Shown in pieces: positions 16,048-25,461 of a DNA stretch of 64,000 nucleotides. The DNA is from a virus, in the IMG/VR virus record IMGVR_UViG_3300032285_001268, positions 32,001 through 96,000 of that record; one strand, written 5' to 3'. A program made the position numbers and the translations under genes. The notes under the pieces were generated by a model. It did not search any database. It had not been told where the DNA came from and saw only the letters and a list, made by a program, of their open reading frames with translations. The number at the start of each line of letters is the position of its first letter. The stretch's first letter is position 1.

Positions 16048-16070
16048 CTGGCAAACCTTTAATAGTATTT

Positions 16071-16445
16071 ATGGCAAAATTACGAGACACTGTAGAACAA
16101 AACTTACCTTATATTAGCGTTATTAACTACGGCGAAGAAGAGTATATCGGGATTATAATTAATCAAGATCAATACGTTCTTAGCTTTTACGACCTAAATG
16201 CTATCCGCACCCCTGAAGAAAAATCTGTATTTTTACAGATAGGCGAAACTTGGTGGTGGGAATCAAATCGCCAGTTTCCTATCAACATATTCTGTAGGGA
16301 TCAAATACAGCCCTTTGGATATGCTATTAAAACATTCAACAGCAAAGATACTCGAATAATACTAGGGCCAGTTGTAAATTTAATGAATCTTACAATCAAG
16401 CGAGTTAAACGCAAGAGTGTAAAACTAGTCCGCAGAGTTAGATAA
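16071..16445 (+). CDS. Conserved hypothetical protein (124 aa)
   Basis: Likely start MAKLRD at 16071, divergent from the previous gene. Confidence 0.65.
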   Translation: MAKLRDTVEQNLPYISVINYGEEEYIGIIINQDQYVLSFYDLNAIRTPEEKSVFLQIGETWWWESNRQFPINIFCRDQIQPFGYAIKTFNSKDTRIILGPVVNLMNLTIKRVKRKSVKLVRRVR

Positions 16446-17003
16446 CTGTTCACAAATTAAGTTCATTTGTACAACAATTACGTGGGCATAGGCAATAGCG
16501 TGGGCCTTCTTAAAGTAGTACTCATCGTTCTCCGGCTTCGTCCAAATCTCCGTCATAATCGTAGTCCAATCTTTCCCAATCAGATAACGTTTGGCCGGGC
16601 GTATCATCGCTAGTACTGCGGCCAACTGCTCGATAGACTCTGGTTTTGCTTGTCTCAGAATAGACCCATGCCCATTCACATGAAACAGGTTCTGGGTAAA
16701 CTCGTCTTCCTGTAGTAGGTCCCATAGTGGCTCAGTCTCCATTAGTTTTTTTAGGTGATCACGATCTCGTACACCATCATATACACTAACATTCAAAAAA
16801 TCTATTTTGAAATAACCTCTATCTTCTGCTTCTTTGTAGTCTATTGTACTTATTCCTGTGAATGGATTATGCGGTATTGAAGTACAATATACACCAGTGT
16901 TGTGCTTTTTAAAAGTGCCATTTTCACTAATTGCAGCCGCAATAGGTTTAAACACCTCAAGTGCTCTAGTTCTATCTGCAAAGTCTATATCAATATCTGG
17001 CAT
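16425..17003 (-). CDS. Miniature DnaE-like (family C polymerase) catalytic core
   Basis: PDIDIDF, HNTGVY, KIDFLNV, AMIRPA and YYFKKAHAIAY occur in DnaE order within only 192 aa. Confidence 0.85.
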   Translation of the reverse strand: MPDIDIDFADRTRALEVFKPIAAAISENGTFKKHNTGVYCTSIPHNPFTGISTIDYKEAEDRGYFKIDFLNVSVYDGVRDRDHLKKLMETEPLWDLLQEDEFTQNLFHVNGHGSILRQAKPESIEQLAAVLAMIRPAKRYLIGKDWTTIMTEIWTKPENDEYYFKKAHAIAYAHVIVVQMNLICEQLSNSAD

Positions 17004-17168
17004 TTAATAATCCGTATGTATCCACTCTTTAGGTTCGTCTTTGTTTGGATCATAAGGTTCCTTGGTAATAGGATTAACCAATCTCCAAATATCTGCACAG
17101 CGATTTTGTTCAGGTATTTCTTCTACAATAGTTCCGTCTTGTAGCAACCACGTGATAGGATTGTTCAT
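17004..17168 (-). CDS. Hypothetical protein (54 aa)
   Basis: Manual translation MNNPITWLLQDGTIVEEIP...; fills the gap exactly. Confidence 0.55.
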   Translation of the reverse strand: MNNPITWLLQDGTIVEEIPEQNRCADIWRLVNPITKEPYDPNKDEPKEWIHTDY

Positions 17169-17857
17169 AGATTCGACTCCTTGACCACTTGCTTGACTAG
17201 ATCAACATCTGCAGGAAGTTTTTTAAATTTATGTACCCAAAACTGTGGATCAATAATATTTCCAATTGCCGCAAGTTGCTCATCATTAAATTTCTGTAGC
17301 ATAGCTTTTCCTGACGGACAATTCAATATCACCCAAGGACTAACTTTTCCATCTTTGATATCGTAACTGGCCCTTGATAGACTAACATAGAGAAAATAAT
17401 GGTTCCATACGCTATTATTAGCCTCAGCCCACGACATCATATGTGAGATAGATCGTTGTAGTGCTGTTTCAACTGTTTCAGTTCTAATCAAATGTTGCAC
17501 ATACTGTTCGTAAAGTTCATCTCGGCACCAGTGGTCTAATTTAACTCCGCTGGTTACTACATAATCAATGAACGCATCAGGATATAAAGGGTTGACGTTA
17601 GAGACAAAAGAACCAAACTTAACAAAAGCATTATAATAAGGACTACGGGCAAAGTCTTCATAAGTTTTGTCACCTTTAGAATTTTGTGAAATTTTATAAA
17701 ATCTATTGTAAGTGTCGTAGCCTAATACAACATGTTTTTCAGTACGTGCTAGAGCTCTACGCTTTTGTTCGCATACGTGAACTGCCAATGTTTTTTCTTT
17801 GGAAAATTTATTTCCGCAATATTGACATGTATATGAACTTGGTGTTAGCGTCATCAT
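17165..17857 (-). CDS. Protein with N-terminal C2H2/C2HC zinc-finger-like motif
   Basis: YTCQYCGNKFSKEKTLAVHVC. Confidence 0.65.
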   Translation of the reverse strand: MMTLTPSSYTCQYCGNKFSKEKTLAVHVCEQKRRALARTEKHVVLGYDTYNRFYKISQNSKGDKTYEDFARSPYYNAFVKFGSFVSNVNPLYPDAFIDYVVTSGVKLDHWCRDELYEQYVQHLIRTETVETALQRSISHMMSWAEANNSVWNHYFLYVSLSRASYDIKDGKVSPWVILNCPSGKAMLQKFNDEQLAAIGNIIDPQFWVHKFKKLPADVDLVKQVVKESNL

Positions 17858-18330
17858 TTCAATTTTTTAGCAATAGTAGGTTCATCAAATCCATGTAGTC
17901 TAGCAAGCTCTTTTAGTTCCTTATCTGTGCTAATTTCAGCAAGCATTTCTAATTCGTCACGCTTGCGTGTAGGATAAATTTCTTCTAAGAACTTTAGCTT
18001 TTTACTGCCGCCAGCTTTCTTTTTGTTGCCAATCCACTCGTGAAAGAACTTAGTTTTACCGTCATAACTGCACATACACAGTAGCAACCATAATAGTTTA
18101 GGATGCTTCTGTAGCGTGTTCCAGTGCTTGTTAAAGTATTCGTTTACTGTTAAAACAAAATGTTCTTGTTGGTCTTGGCTAGCACCTTTGGCACTACTGA
18201 TATATCGATTTAAAATATAGAATTCGCTCTTAAGACTTTTTTGTTGTTCGGCATCCATTGCGTCCCACAATTCTCGAACATTTTGATCTACTGCCTGTAT
18301 CTTTTCTTTTAATTCGATTTTTTCACTCAT
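17854..18330 (-). CDS. gp62: Clamp-loader small subunit-like (T4 gp62-like)
   Basis: YILNRYIS...VNEYFN...FFHEWI pattern and size fit the gp62 family. Confidence 0.6.
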   Translation of the reverse strand: MSEKIELKEKIQAVDQNVRELWDAMDAEQQKSLKSEFYILNRYISSAKGASQDQQEHFVLTVNEYFNKHWNTLQKHPKLLWLLLCMCSYDGKTKFFHEWIGNKKKAGGSKKLKFLEEIYPTRKRDELEMLAEISTDKELKELARLHGFDEPTIAKKLK

Positions 18331-18605
18331 TGATCATCCTTAACCATACGATATATTATTATAACATTATCTATGGCTTTTTGCAAGGCCGGATTCTTCT
18401 TTCCGGCTAACCTAATTTTGATCCATTCGTTATGCGCTTCCAATTCTTTATTACCTGTAGTCCGTGGATCATAGGTCGGATCATTTTTATTGTAATCCCA
18501 ACCGACTACTTGCCTGGTACTAGGATTGGCACCGAATTCACGAGCATAAACTACGTTGTCTACACGCTCGTGTATGTAAGTGGCGCCGGGTTTAAGCGAT
18601 CCCAT
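18327..18605 (-). CDS. Hypothetical protein
   Basis: Likely start MGSLKPG at 18605. Confidence 0.6.
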   Translation of the reverse strand: MGSLKPGATYIHERVDNVVYAREFGANPSTRQVVGWDYNKNDPTYDPRTTGNKELEAHNEWIKIRLAGKKNPALQKAIDNVIIIYRMVKDDQ

Positions 18606-19257
18606 TTTGCACTGCCAATTGTTGGATTGTTTCTTCTTTGGGAACCAATCGAGCATCAAAGGCTAAACTAGTCCTAAAACCAGTACCTTTCCACGGATAA
18701 ACTGTATGTGGCAAATAACTTGGAAAAATAATAATAGAGCCTGCGGCCGGAGAATATTTCCAAGTATCTTGCATGATAAATTTGCCAACATCTCTAGTCT
18801 GTGGCAGTCTGAATAAAATTTGACTGTCGCTGGGTTGGCTCTCAATATCAAGTTCCGGAGCACTAATATAGATGTTCCCGCTGATGTTTCCAGCAGGGTG
18901 ACTGTGCATTTCTTGATAGTCTCCAGGACCTTGTCTTATGGTCCAAATACTAGTTACGACTGGGTCGCATAAGGTAAGATCCTCTGCACCGCTTTGTTTA
19001 GTCACTAACTCCATATAGCCACGACACATGTTTTCTAACCATTTAACTAGCCATTCAACATTAAGGTCGATCTTATTAGGATAAACTTGTATCTGTTGGC
19101 CACCTCGGGCAGATATAAACGGATTGTCACTGTCGTCTTGATCAGTGTGATTATCGTGCAGATCTTGAACCATAGTATACATCTTACTAAATTCTACTGG
19201 CGGTATTTGATCTATTGCAACAATGATAGGGCAAAAATAAGCAACTTTTAATTCCAT
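18592..19257 (-). CDS. 2OG-Fe(II) oxygenase (TIGR02466-like)
   Basis: HSH...ISGNIYI, FPSYLPHTV and RTSLAF motifs. Confidence 0.8.
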   Translation of the reverse strand: MELKVAYFCPIIVAIDQIPPVEFSKMYTMVQDLHDNHTDQDDSDNPFISARGGQQIQVYPNKIDLNVEWLVKWLENMCRGYMELVTKQSGAEDLTLCDPVVTSIWTIRQGPGDYQEMHSHPAGNISGNIYISAPELDIESQPSDSQILFRLPQTRDVGKFIMQDTWKYSPAAGSIIIFPSYLPHTVYPWKGTGFRTSLAFDARLVPKEETIQQLAVQNGIA

Positions 19258-19264
19258 GTTTTCC

Positions 19265-19771
19265 TCACAATAACTTATCTAATTGTATGATGTCGCTCTG
19301 TCGGCTGATTTCTTTTACAAAATATGCACAGTCTGGTTTTTCTCCTGGTTTAGTAGGAGTTGCCAACAGCTGGCCATTTTTCATCTTTGGAAAATACCAT
19401 TTAACATCATTATAGAAGTTTACAATTTCTATCTTTTTAAATTCTATTCTAAAACTACTTATAGGGTTAAAAATTAATGCTTCAAACCCGCGATCATTTA
19501 AACTAGTCAATGGAAGCACTTCAATGTCACACCCGCTTGAGCTATCACCTACTGCAATGCTCCAATCTAATGGCATGACTACTTCGTCTTCACCTATCCT
19601 TAAGACCATTGCCGGCGAGTTGAATGATTCTAAGAATATCAAAGGCATAAAAAAGAAATCAGGCTCAACTGGATTACTGTTATCTAGAACTGCGAATCTA
19701 GTATTTTCGTCTACCTCATCTGGTAAATTGTTCAAACTAAAAGTTTGATTATCTAATGTTAATATTTGCAT
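19265..19771 (-). CDS. Conserved hypothetical protein next to UvsW
   Basis: 168-aa ORF in the operon. Confidence 0.7.
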   Translation of the reverse strand: MQILTLDNQTFSLNNLPDEVDENTRFAVLDNSNPVEPDFFFMPLIFLESFNSPAMVLRIGEDEVVMPLDWSIAVGDSSSGCDIEVLPLTSLNDRGFEALIFNPISSFRIEFKKIEIVNFYNDVKWYFPKMKNGQLLATPTKPGEKPDCAYFVKEISRQSDIIQLDKLL

Positions 19772-19777
19772 AATTCC

Positions 19778-21244
19778 TTATTTAGACCAGTCTACTTTTT
19801 CTAATGTAAACGGGTACTTGGCTTCCTTGTAAAATTTCTTTCTCTCGGTAAGATGCCGCTTGGCATACTTACATGTGGACGTAAGGTCCCAGATTTGAAC
19901 GAAGTCTTTATCTTCTGCTTTTCTAATGCCTCGCCCAATACTCTGTATAACTCTGACAAAGCTCTTTCCGGGCTCCAAAAGAACCAGATTAAAAATCCTA
20001 GGGATATTAATACCAACAGCGGCCACACCGTAAGTCGCCACAATAATCTTGTTGTCACTAGTCTTAACTTCGTCATATTCTTCTTTCCTGTCTTTCGTTT
20101 TAACTTCGCCTGATATAAACACCGAGCCTTCTAATTCATTTACTAAAAATTTGCCTGAATCAATCCTATTAACTAGGACTAGTGTATTGCCTGTGTCTGA
20201 TATTTTTTTAATTAATTTTGAAATGTATAACATCCTGTCATCGTCAGTGACTAAGTATTTTAATTCATCGCTGTATGCCTTAAACTCTGGCAAGTCTATC
20301 ATCTGTACTACATTCACGTGACAATTTGATAGTACTCCCATTTGCTGTAATTCGTGAGCCTTAATGCCGCCAATCACTGGTCCAAGACTAATAAAAATCT
20401 GTTCAGATTCATATTTTTCCTTGGGAATTGTTCCAGTCAATCCCCAACGAATTGGCGCATTACATAAATTTTGAGTTAATAGATTCTTTAGTACATCTGC
20501 CTTGGCCATGTGTACTTCGTCAACAATTATAGTCTTAACTCCGTCTAAAAATTCAGCTAGTGTTACTATATCGTGTTCACTATTTTTTGATTTTTTGTCT
20601 AAAATATTAAGACTTTGCCACGTGCAGATTGTATGTGTTTTATTAAGATCTTTTCTATCACCGTAGTAAACACCAACATCTAAACCAACTGTGATAAAAT
20701 CTTCTTCTGTTTGTTCTACAAGGCTCTTATTGGGAACAATGGTAATAGTCCTGCCGTATTTTTCTGCCAACTGACTCAATGTAGCTGTTGTAATAGTTTT
20801 GCCAGCACCTGTTGCAATTTCTTGTAGACTTTGTGAATTATCGAGAAATCTATTAATAGCTTCTACTTGATAATCACGTAGCATGATAGGTTTGCCTTCA
20901 TCGACGTGTCCTTTTGGCCATACTTTACCTTGGTCGGCCCAGTAGGTTTCAGTTACAGGCTCGAACGAAATTTTTGGAGTATCTCGTTGATCATCAACTT
21001 CCTCAACTCCGATTCCCATACCAGCTAATACATTTAAAATAGTTTCTAATTGATAGAGATAGCCGTTACCACCTAGGCCAAATAAACTGACCATTCCGTC
21101 CCAACGTCCTAGTTTATATGCCGGTTGATATCTTGCGTATGGAATTTCATACTTAAATGTTGACACTAATTTCTTACGAGCATCTAATGGCAGATTCTCT
21201 AATTTAATGTTAACTTCGTCTCGGATCACTAATCTTACGGTCAT
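19778..21244 (-). CDS. uvsW: SF2 DNA helicase (UvsW-like)
   Basis: ATGAGKT, DEVH, GLTGT, QSIGRGIR. Confidence 0.9.
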   Translation of the reverse strand: MTVRLVIRDEVNIKLENLPLDARKKLVSTFKYEIPYARYQPAYKLGRWDGMVSLFGLGGNGYLYQLETILNVLAGMGIGVEEVDDQRDTPKISFEPVTETYWADQGKVWPKGHVDEGKPIMLRDYQVEAINRFLDNSQSLQEIATGAGKTITTATLSQLAEKYGRTITIVPNKSLVEQTEEDFITVGLDVGVYYGDRKDLNKTHTICTWQSLNILDKKSKNSEHDIVTLAEFLDGVKTIIVDEVHMAKADVLKNLLTQNLCNAPIRWGLTGTIPKEKYESEQIFISLGPVIGGIKAHELQQMGVLSNCHVNVVQMIDLPEFKAYSDELKYLVTDDDRMLYISKLIKKISDTGNTLVLVNRIDSGKFLVNELEGSVFISGEVKTKDRKEEYDEVKTSDNKIIVATYGVAAVGINIPRIFNLVLLEPGKSFVRVIQSIGRGIRKAEDKDFVQIWDLTSTCKYAKRHLTERKKFYKEAKYPFTLEKVDWSK

Positions 21245-22440
21245 AATGTCTTGTACTCAATTAGCGTAGGTTTTTCTGAATATGTAATTACTAAATCGCA
21301 ACACTTGGAATATACTGCTGTTTTGTTGTGTCTTAGGTAACCATCAAAAAATATAACACTCATAGGTTTCCATGGATTTTTTAGGAAAAATTTCGGTAAT
21401 TTTCCACCTAAAATACAGGCTACTTTTAAGTGCTCATCTAAGGGTTTATTGTAATTTTCGTCTGCAATAGTGCTGTTAAAAATTTTGCCTTTTTCATTAT
21501 TAGGTAATCTAAAATAAACACCAACTGAATCGTCTACTGAATTTTCCTTCAAAGATTTTGACAAAATTTCCAGATTTTTTAAGGTTTTTTCTTCGTCCCA
21601 AACATCAAATACAAACAGTACCGGTAGTCTTTTTAGTTGTACAAGACTGTTTACAATTTCCGAAAGACCATGCTGAGTGTTATCGACCCAAATCCTAGGA
21701 GATCCTCGATTTGCCAGGTATTCAACTAGCGTCTCACCTGGATTTTTTGGAGTTTTTGTAAAATACTGATATCGTATACTTCTGTCAGATATGATATTTT
21801 GATCAATATGTGTTTCAATGCCAAGGTCAGCAGTAATACTTTTTTGAAAGTTTTGATGCTCAATGTTGGTCAGTAAAAATTGGTCAAAAAATTCGTCTTG
21901 AGACCAAGATTTTATGGTAGTGTAATAATCTTGTATTTCGTCTTCAATGACAAAATTAAAATTTTTCAAACTATCAATGATCGTGACAATATTTTTTTCG
22001 GTCAGGCTAGCACGGTATGTTTTGCCATTTGCAGTCTGGGTCAAATTTTCGATATTTTTGCTGATATCGGTTAAAATTTTCCTAATTTGACCATTATGTG
22101 TAAAATTGACCTCAATGCCCGGTTCATCGGTATTTTTATCAACTGTATAAATTTTTCTTATCTGCTCAATTTGCTTAAAATTCTTAGTCCAGCTGGGTAG
22201 TGATAAAATTTCTTCAATTTCATCAGAAAATATTTTCAGTTTTTTTTGATTTTCTCGTAAAATCTTGGTTACTAGTCGACTTTGATTTTCAGTTATAAAT
22301 GTAGGGCCAAGAATATACTTTACCATACTAGTGCAGGTTTCAAAATCCTTCTTTGAAAGATTTTTTTCAGCATAGCTATCTGGATAATTTACAATTTTTA
22401 CTATTAGTTCATCAACTGTTATCATATTACTAGTGTACAC
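21241..22440 (-). CDS. Hypothetical protein (399 aa)
   Basis: Long ORF coupled to uvsW; no motif recognised. Confidence 0.7.
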   Translation of the reverse strand: MYTSNMITVDELIVKIVNYPDSYAEKNLSKKDFETCTSMVKYILGPTFITENQSRLVTKILRENQKKLKIFSDEIEEILSLPSWTKNFKQIEQIRKIYTVDKNTDEPGIEVNFTHNGQIRKILTDISKNIENLTQTANGKTYRASLTEKNIVTIIDSLKNFNFVIEDEIQDYYTTIKSWSQDEFFDQFLLTNIEHQNFQKSITADLGIETHIDQNIISDRSIRYQYFTKTPKNPGETLVEYLANRGSPRIWVDNTQHGLSEIVNSLVQLKRLPVLFVFDVWDEEKTLKNLEILSKSLKENSVDDSVGVYFRLPNNEKGKIFNSTIADENYNKPLDEHLKVACILGGKLPKFFLKNPWKPMSVIFFDGYLRHNKTAVYSKCCDLVITYSEKPTLIEYKTL

Positions 22441-22470
22441 TAACTTATTTTAAAAGTAAACCTTTTAGAC

Positions 22471-22504
22471 AAAAAAATAGGCCCTATAATATTTAAGGCC
22501 TATT
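22471..22504 (-). terminator. Intrinsic terminator after uvsY
   Basis: AATAGGCC...GGCCTATT stem with A7 on the plus strand. Confidence 0.7.
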
Positions 22505-22526
22505 GTCTGCCAATTGGGCGAATTGA

Positions 22527-22979
22527 TTATAATGTTGCGTCTTCCATTCCAGCAACACGCAATTTGATAATATTTGAAAGTTGCCATTGTTTGACGTCTA
22601 AAGATTTAGTAATTCCAAGCCATTTGTTTCTAAGCAAGGCAAATTCATTGATAATTTTTTCCATATCAACAACATCAGCTTCACCCTCGACAAATTTTTC
22701 ACAATCTCTTGAACTTAGGGCACGTTGATAGTTTTCAAGATACTTTCTAAAGAAACCACTTTTCAATCTGCGTAGCTCTATGTTCAAATATTCCAAAATT
22801 GCTTCAATTTCTTGTAATTGACTAAACCGTTGTTCGACAACACCGGGCATAGCCGCAGATGCTTTTTCAATATTACCTACAACTTTTACTTCTTGGCGAG
22901 CTGTTGCCAGCTCTGCCTCAAAATATTGAATTGCATCAGGAATATATGAAATATCCTTGGCTATTTTAGCATACCACAT
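22527..22979 (-). CDS. uvsY: Recombination mediator (UvsY-like)
   Basis: Helical 150-aa protein with LENYQRALSSRDCEKFVEGE and LDVKQWQLSNIIKLR; next to uvsX. Confidence 0.8.
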   Translation of the reverse strand: MWYAKIAKDISYIPDAIQYFEAELATARQEVKVVGNIEKASAAMPGVVEQRFSQLQEIEAILEYLNIELRRLKSGFFRKYLENYQRALSSRDCEKFVEGEADVVDMEKIINEFALLRNKWLGITKSLDVKQWQLSNIIKLRVAGMEDATL

Positions 22980-23221
22980 TAAAAATCCAATTCTTTATTG
23001 TAGTCTTCATCATCGTCGACCTCATCTTCTTCATCAAGATAGTATTCAATCGCCTGATCAAGAGTGTTGTCAACGCCCATTGCACTTTGTAAAGTTCTAT
23101 CGCTAACACCGAAGTCTGCTAACAGATCGATATAACGTTCTGCTACTACTTCTAGTTGTTTTTTGTCAATATACTCGACAAAGTTTAACCAAATATCACC
23201 AATTTGTGTTTCATTCAACAT
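22979..23221 (-). CDS. Hypothetical acidic protein
   Basis: ATG 23221 overlaps the uvsX end. Confidence 0.65.
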   Translation of the reverse strand: MLNETQIGDIWLNFVEYIDKKQLEVVAERYIDLLADFGVSDRTLQSAMGVDNTLDQAIEYYLDEEDEVDDDEDYNKELDF

Positions 23222-24269
23222 GTTCTTCATTCTCCTCGGGAACGGTAGTTGTATTAATAGTACTGATATCGAATTTCTTCATTATCATATCTAATTTATC
23301 ATCTTTCCATTCTTTTCGGTAGAATTTGAATTCCTCACCTGTCTCTGGATCAACCCACTTAAGACGATTACCTTCTTGTTTTAGCAGGCCTGCCTTTTCA
23401 AACATGTCTACTAGACCACTATAAGGATTCATACCTGTTTCGTACGGGATTTTTACCTGTAGTGTTTCAAAAGGTTTAGCATAACGTGTCTTCATGATCT
23501 TACATGCGGCACGGATACCATTTACTTCGGTGGTTTTATTACCATCTTCGTCTTCTTTCAACTTCAACTTCTTCATGGCAACCACGATAGAACTTGCGTA
23601 AACGAAGCCTTGTCCGCCTGAAATTTTATCGTCTGGATCAAACATATCTTGGCTAGCGTATGTGTGATTAGTAGCCACCAAGCCGACGTTATAATTACCA
23701 AACATGTTAACACAATTACGAACCAGCGCCGTAAGTGCTTTAGGTTTACGACCCATATCACCTTTTAAGTCTCCTGCTTCAAATTGATTGACATCGGTAG
23801 GGGTAAGCAACATACCCAAGCTGTCTATGACAAACAAGACTTTTGGACGCTCTTCCATGGCTTTGTATTCTTTCATGAATTCGTTGATAGTTTTAGCAAC
23901 ATCATCAATCATAGCCATATTGAGTTTGAGAAGTTTTTCTTCACTTGTATCTACACCAAGTGCATGTAACCATTTTTCGTCAAGTGCATTTTCACTGTCA
24001 ATTAAAATACAATAAATGCCTTGCTCTTGTGCGTTCTTGATAATGTTACCAGAACAAATATAACTTTTGCCAGCGCCTGATTCGCCAGCAAATACTGTAA
24101 CCTTACCCAAAGGAATACCTTTGTTAAAATCACCTGAGATTAGGTAGTTTAAGGCAAAATTGCCTGTGCTAACCCAATCAGTAGGATCGTTGAATCCTAC
24201 ACCAAGTCCATCAATTGACTTGGTCAAAGTCTTTCTAAACTTTGATAAATCGAAGGCTTTTGTAGCCAT
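23211..24269 (-). CDS. uvsX: RecA-like recombinase (UvsX)
   Basis: GESGAGKS, IDSENALD, VIDSLG, TNHTY, SGGQG, KTRY. Confidence 0.93.
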   Translation of the reverse strand: MATKAFDLSKFRKTLTKSIDGLGVGFNDPTDWVSTGNFALNYLISGDFNKGIPLGKVTVFAGESGAGKSYICSGNIIKNAQEQGIYCILIDSENALDEKWLHALGVDTSEEKLLKLNMAMIDDVAKTINEFMKEYKAMEERPKVLFVIDSLGMLLTPTDVNQFEAGDLKGDMGRKPKALTALVRNCVNMFGNYNVGLVATNHTYASQDMFDPDDKISGGQGFVYASSIVVAMKKLKLKEDEDGNKTTEVNGIRAACKIMKTRYAKPFETLQVKIPYETGMNPYSGLVDMFEKAGLLKQEGNRLKWVDPETGEEFKFYRKEWKDDKLDMIMKKFDISTINTTTVPEENEEHVE

Positions 24270-24335
24270 AGTTAATTCTCCTAATGATGATAACCTGGGC
24301 GTACGACTAAGTCGCAGAGGCCCAAGCCGTATTTT

Positions 24336-25307
24336 TTACTTCTGACGATTGCGAATCATTGCCAAGATGTCTTGGGCACGTGAATCACCGCCTGCGCCTG
24401 TTGCTTCAGCTTTTGCGGCTGGAGCAGGTGCTGACTTAGCAACTGGTGCTTCATCTTCATCAATGTCGTCTACTGGCGCACTTGCCTTAGGAGTTGATTT
24501 AACAGGATCGCCAGTGTTTTGGCCCATGCCTGCTGGTTTGAAATATTGTCCCCAACGTTCCATATCATATGGCTCGCCGTCAACTGATGCTTCAAACATT
24601 TCTTTCATTACCTTAAGCTCAATTTCACTTGGCTTCTTAGGAAGGAAATCATTTAAATTAAACAAACCATACTGTTTAACAGCGGCTTGTTCAGCATCGC
24701 TTAGTGGACGCTCACGACGTGACCATGTTGAAGTTGAGTAGTCAGCGTAACCGCCTTTGCTACCTTTCTTCATACGGAAGTCTAGACCGTGTACATAGTC
24801 AGTTGGCAAATCTTCCAATTCTGGATCAACAAGTGCTGAACGAATTAGTGTAAAGATTTGAGGACCGATAATGAAACGGCGGATTGGATTTTCTGGAGTT
24901 TCTTTTTCGCCTAGGCCGTCTTCAGAGACAAAGCCTTGGAAAATGTAACTGCGTTTTTTCCAGTACTTACGACCCATATCTTCCAATGCTGGGTCTTTAA
25001 ACCATCCACGCACTTCTGAAAGAATAGGACATGTATCGCCATACATTTCTACGCATGGTACTTGTACTGTGATTTGTTTGCTTTCGGATTCGCCTTTGAC
25101 GCCTGCAAAGGGAAGTTTGATCATTGCACGTTCAACCCAGAAAAAAGTATTATCTGTGTTGCCGTCTGGTAGGAATCGTAGAACCGATTCACCGCCTTCT
25201 TTTAAGTTCCAGAACGGATAAATTGAGTTATCACCGCCTGTACGTTCTCCTGAACCTTTTGATTCAGCTGCCTTAAGTTTTGCACGAATTTCTGCTAAAG
25301 ATGCCAT
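24336..25307 (-). CDS. gp32: Single-stranded DNA-binding protein (gp32-like)
   Basis: LRFLP, CPIL, YWKKRSY, Y..S.W pattern and acidic/flexible C-tail. Confidence 0.88.
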   Translation of the reverse strand: MASLAEIRAKLKAAESKGSGERTGGDNSIYPFWNLKEGGESVLRFLPDGNTDNTFFWVERAMIKLPFAGVKGESESKQITVQVPCVEMYGDTCPILSEVRGWFKDPALEDMGRKYWKKRSYIFQGFVSEDGLGEKETPENPIRRFIIGPQIFTLIRSALVDPELEDLPTDYVHGLDFRMKKGSKGGYADYSTSTWSRRERPLSDAEQAAVKQYGLFNLNDFLPKKPSEIELKVMKEMFEASVDGEPYDMERWGQYFKPAGMGQNTGDPVKSTPKASAPVDDIDEDEAPVAKSAPAPAAKAEATGAGGDSRAQDILAMIRNRQK

Positions 25308-25461
25308 AATTATTCTCCTATTAATAGCCTTTGTTTGCTTTTTATTTTGCCTATATTTGTTTTAGAACCTACTAAAACAAAAAACGCATACATGTTATTG
25401 TATACGTTTTTATTTAGCAGAGCAAGACTAATCTTGCTCTAAATGTGAATATTTTACTCGA

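Noticed and set aside
24272-24335. Hairpin between gp32 and uvsX
   Set aside because: A single stem-loop, likely an mRNA stabiliser or attenuator; nothing further supports a distinct element.
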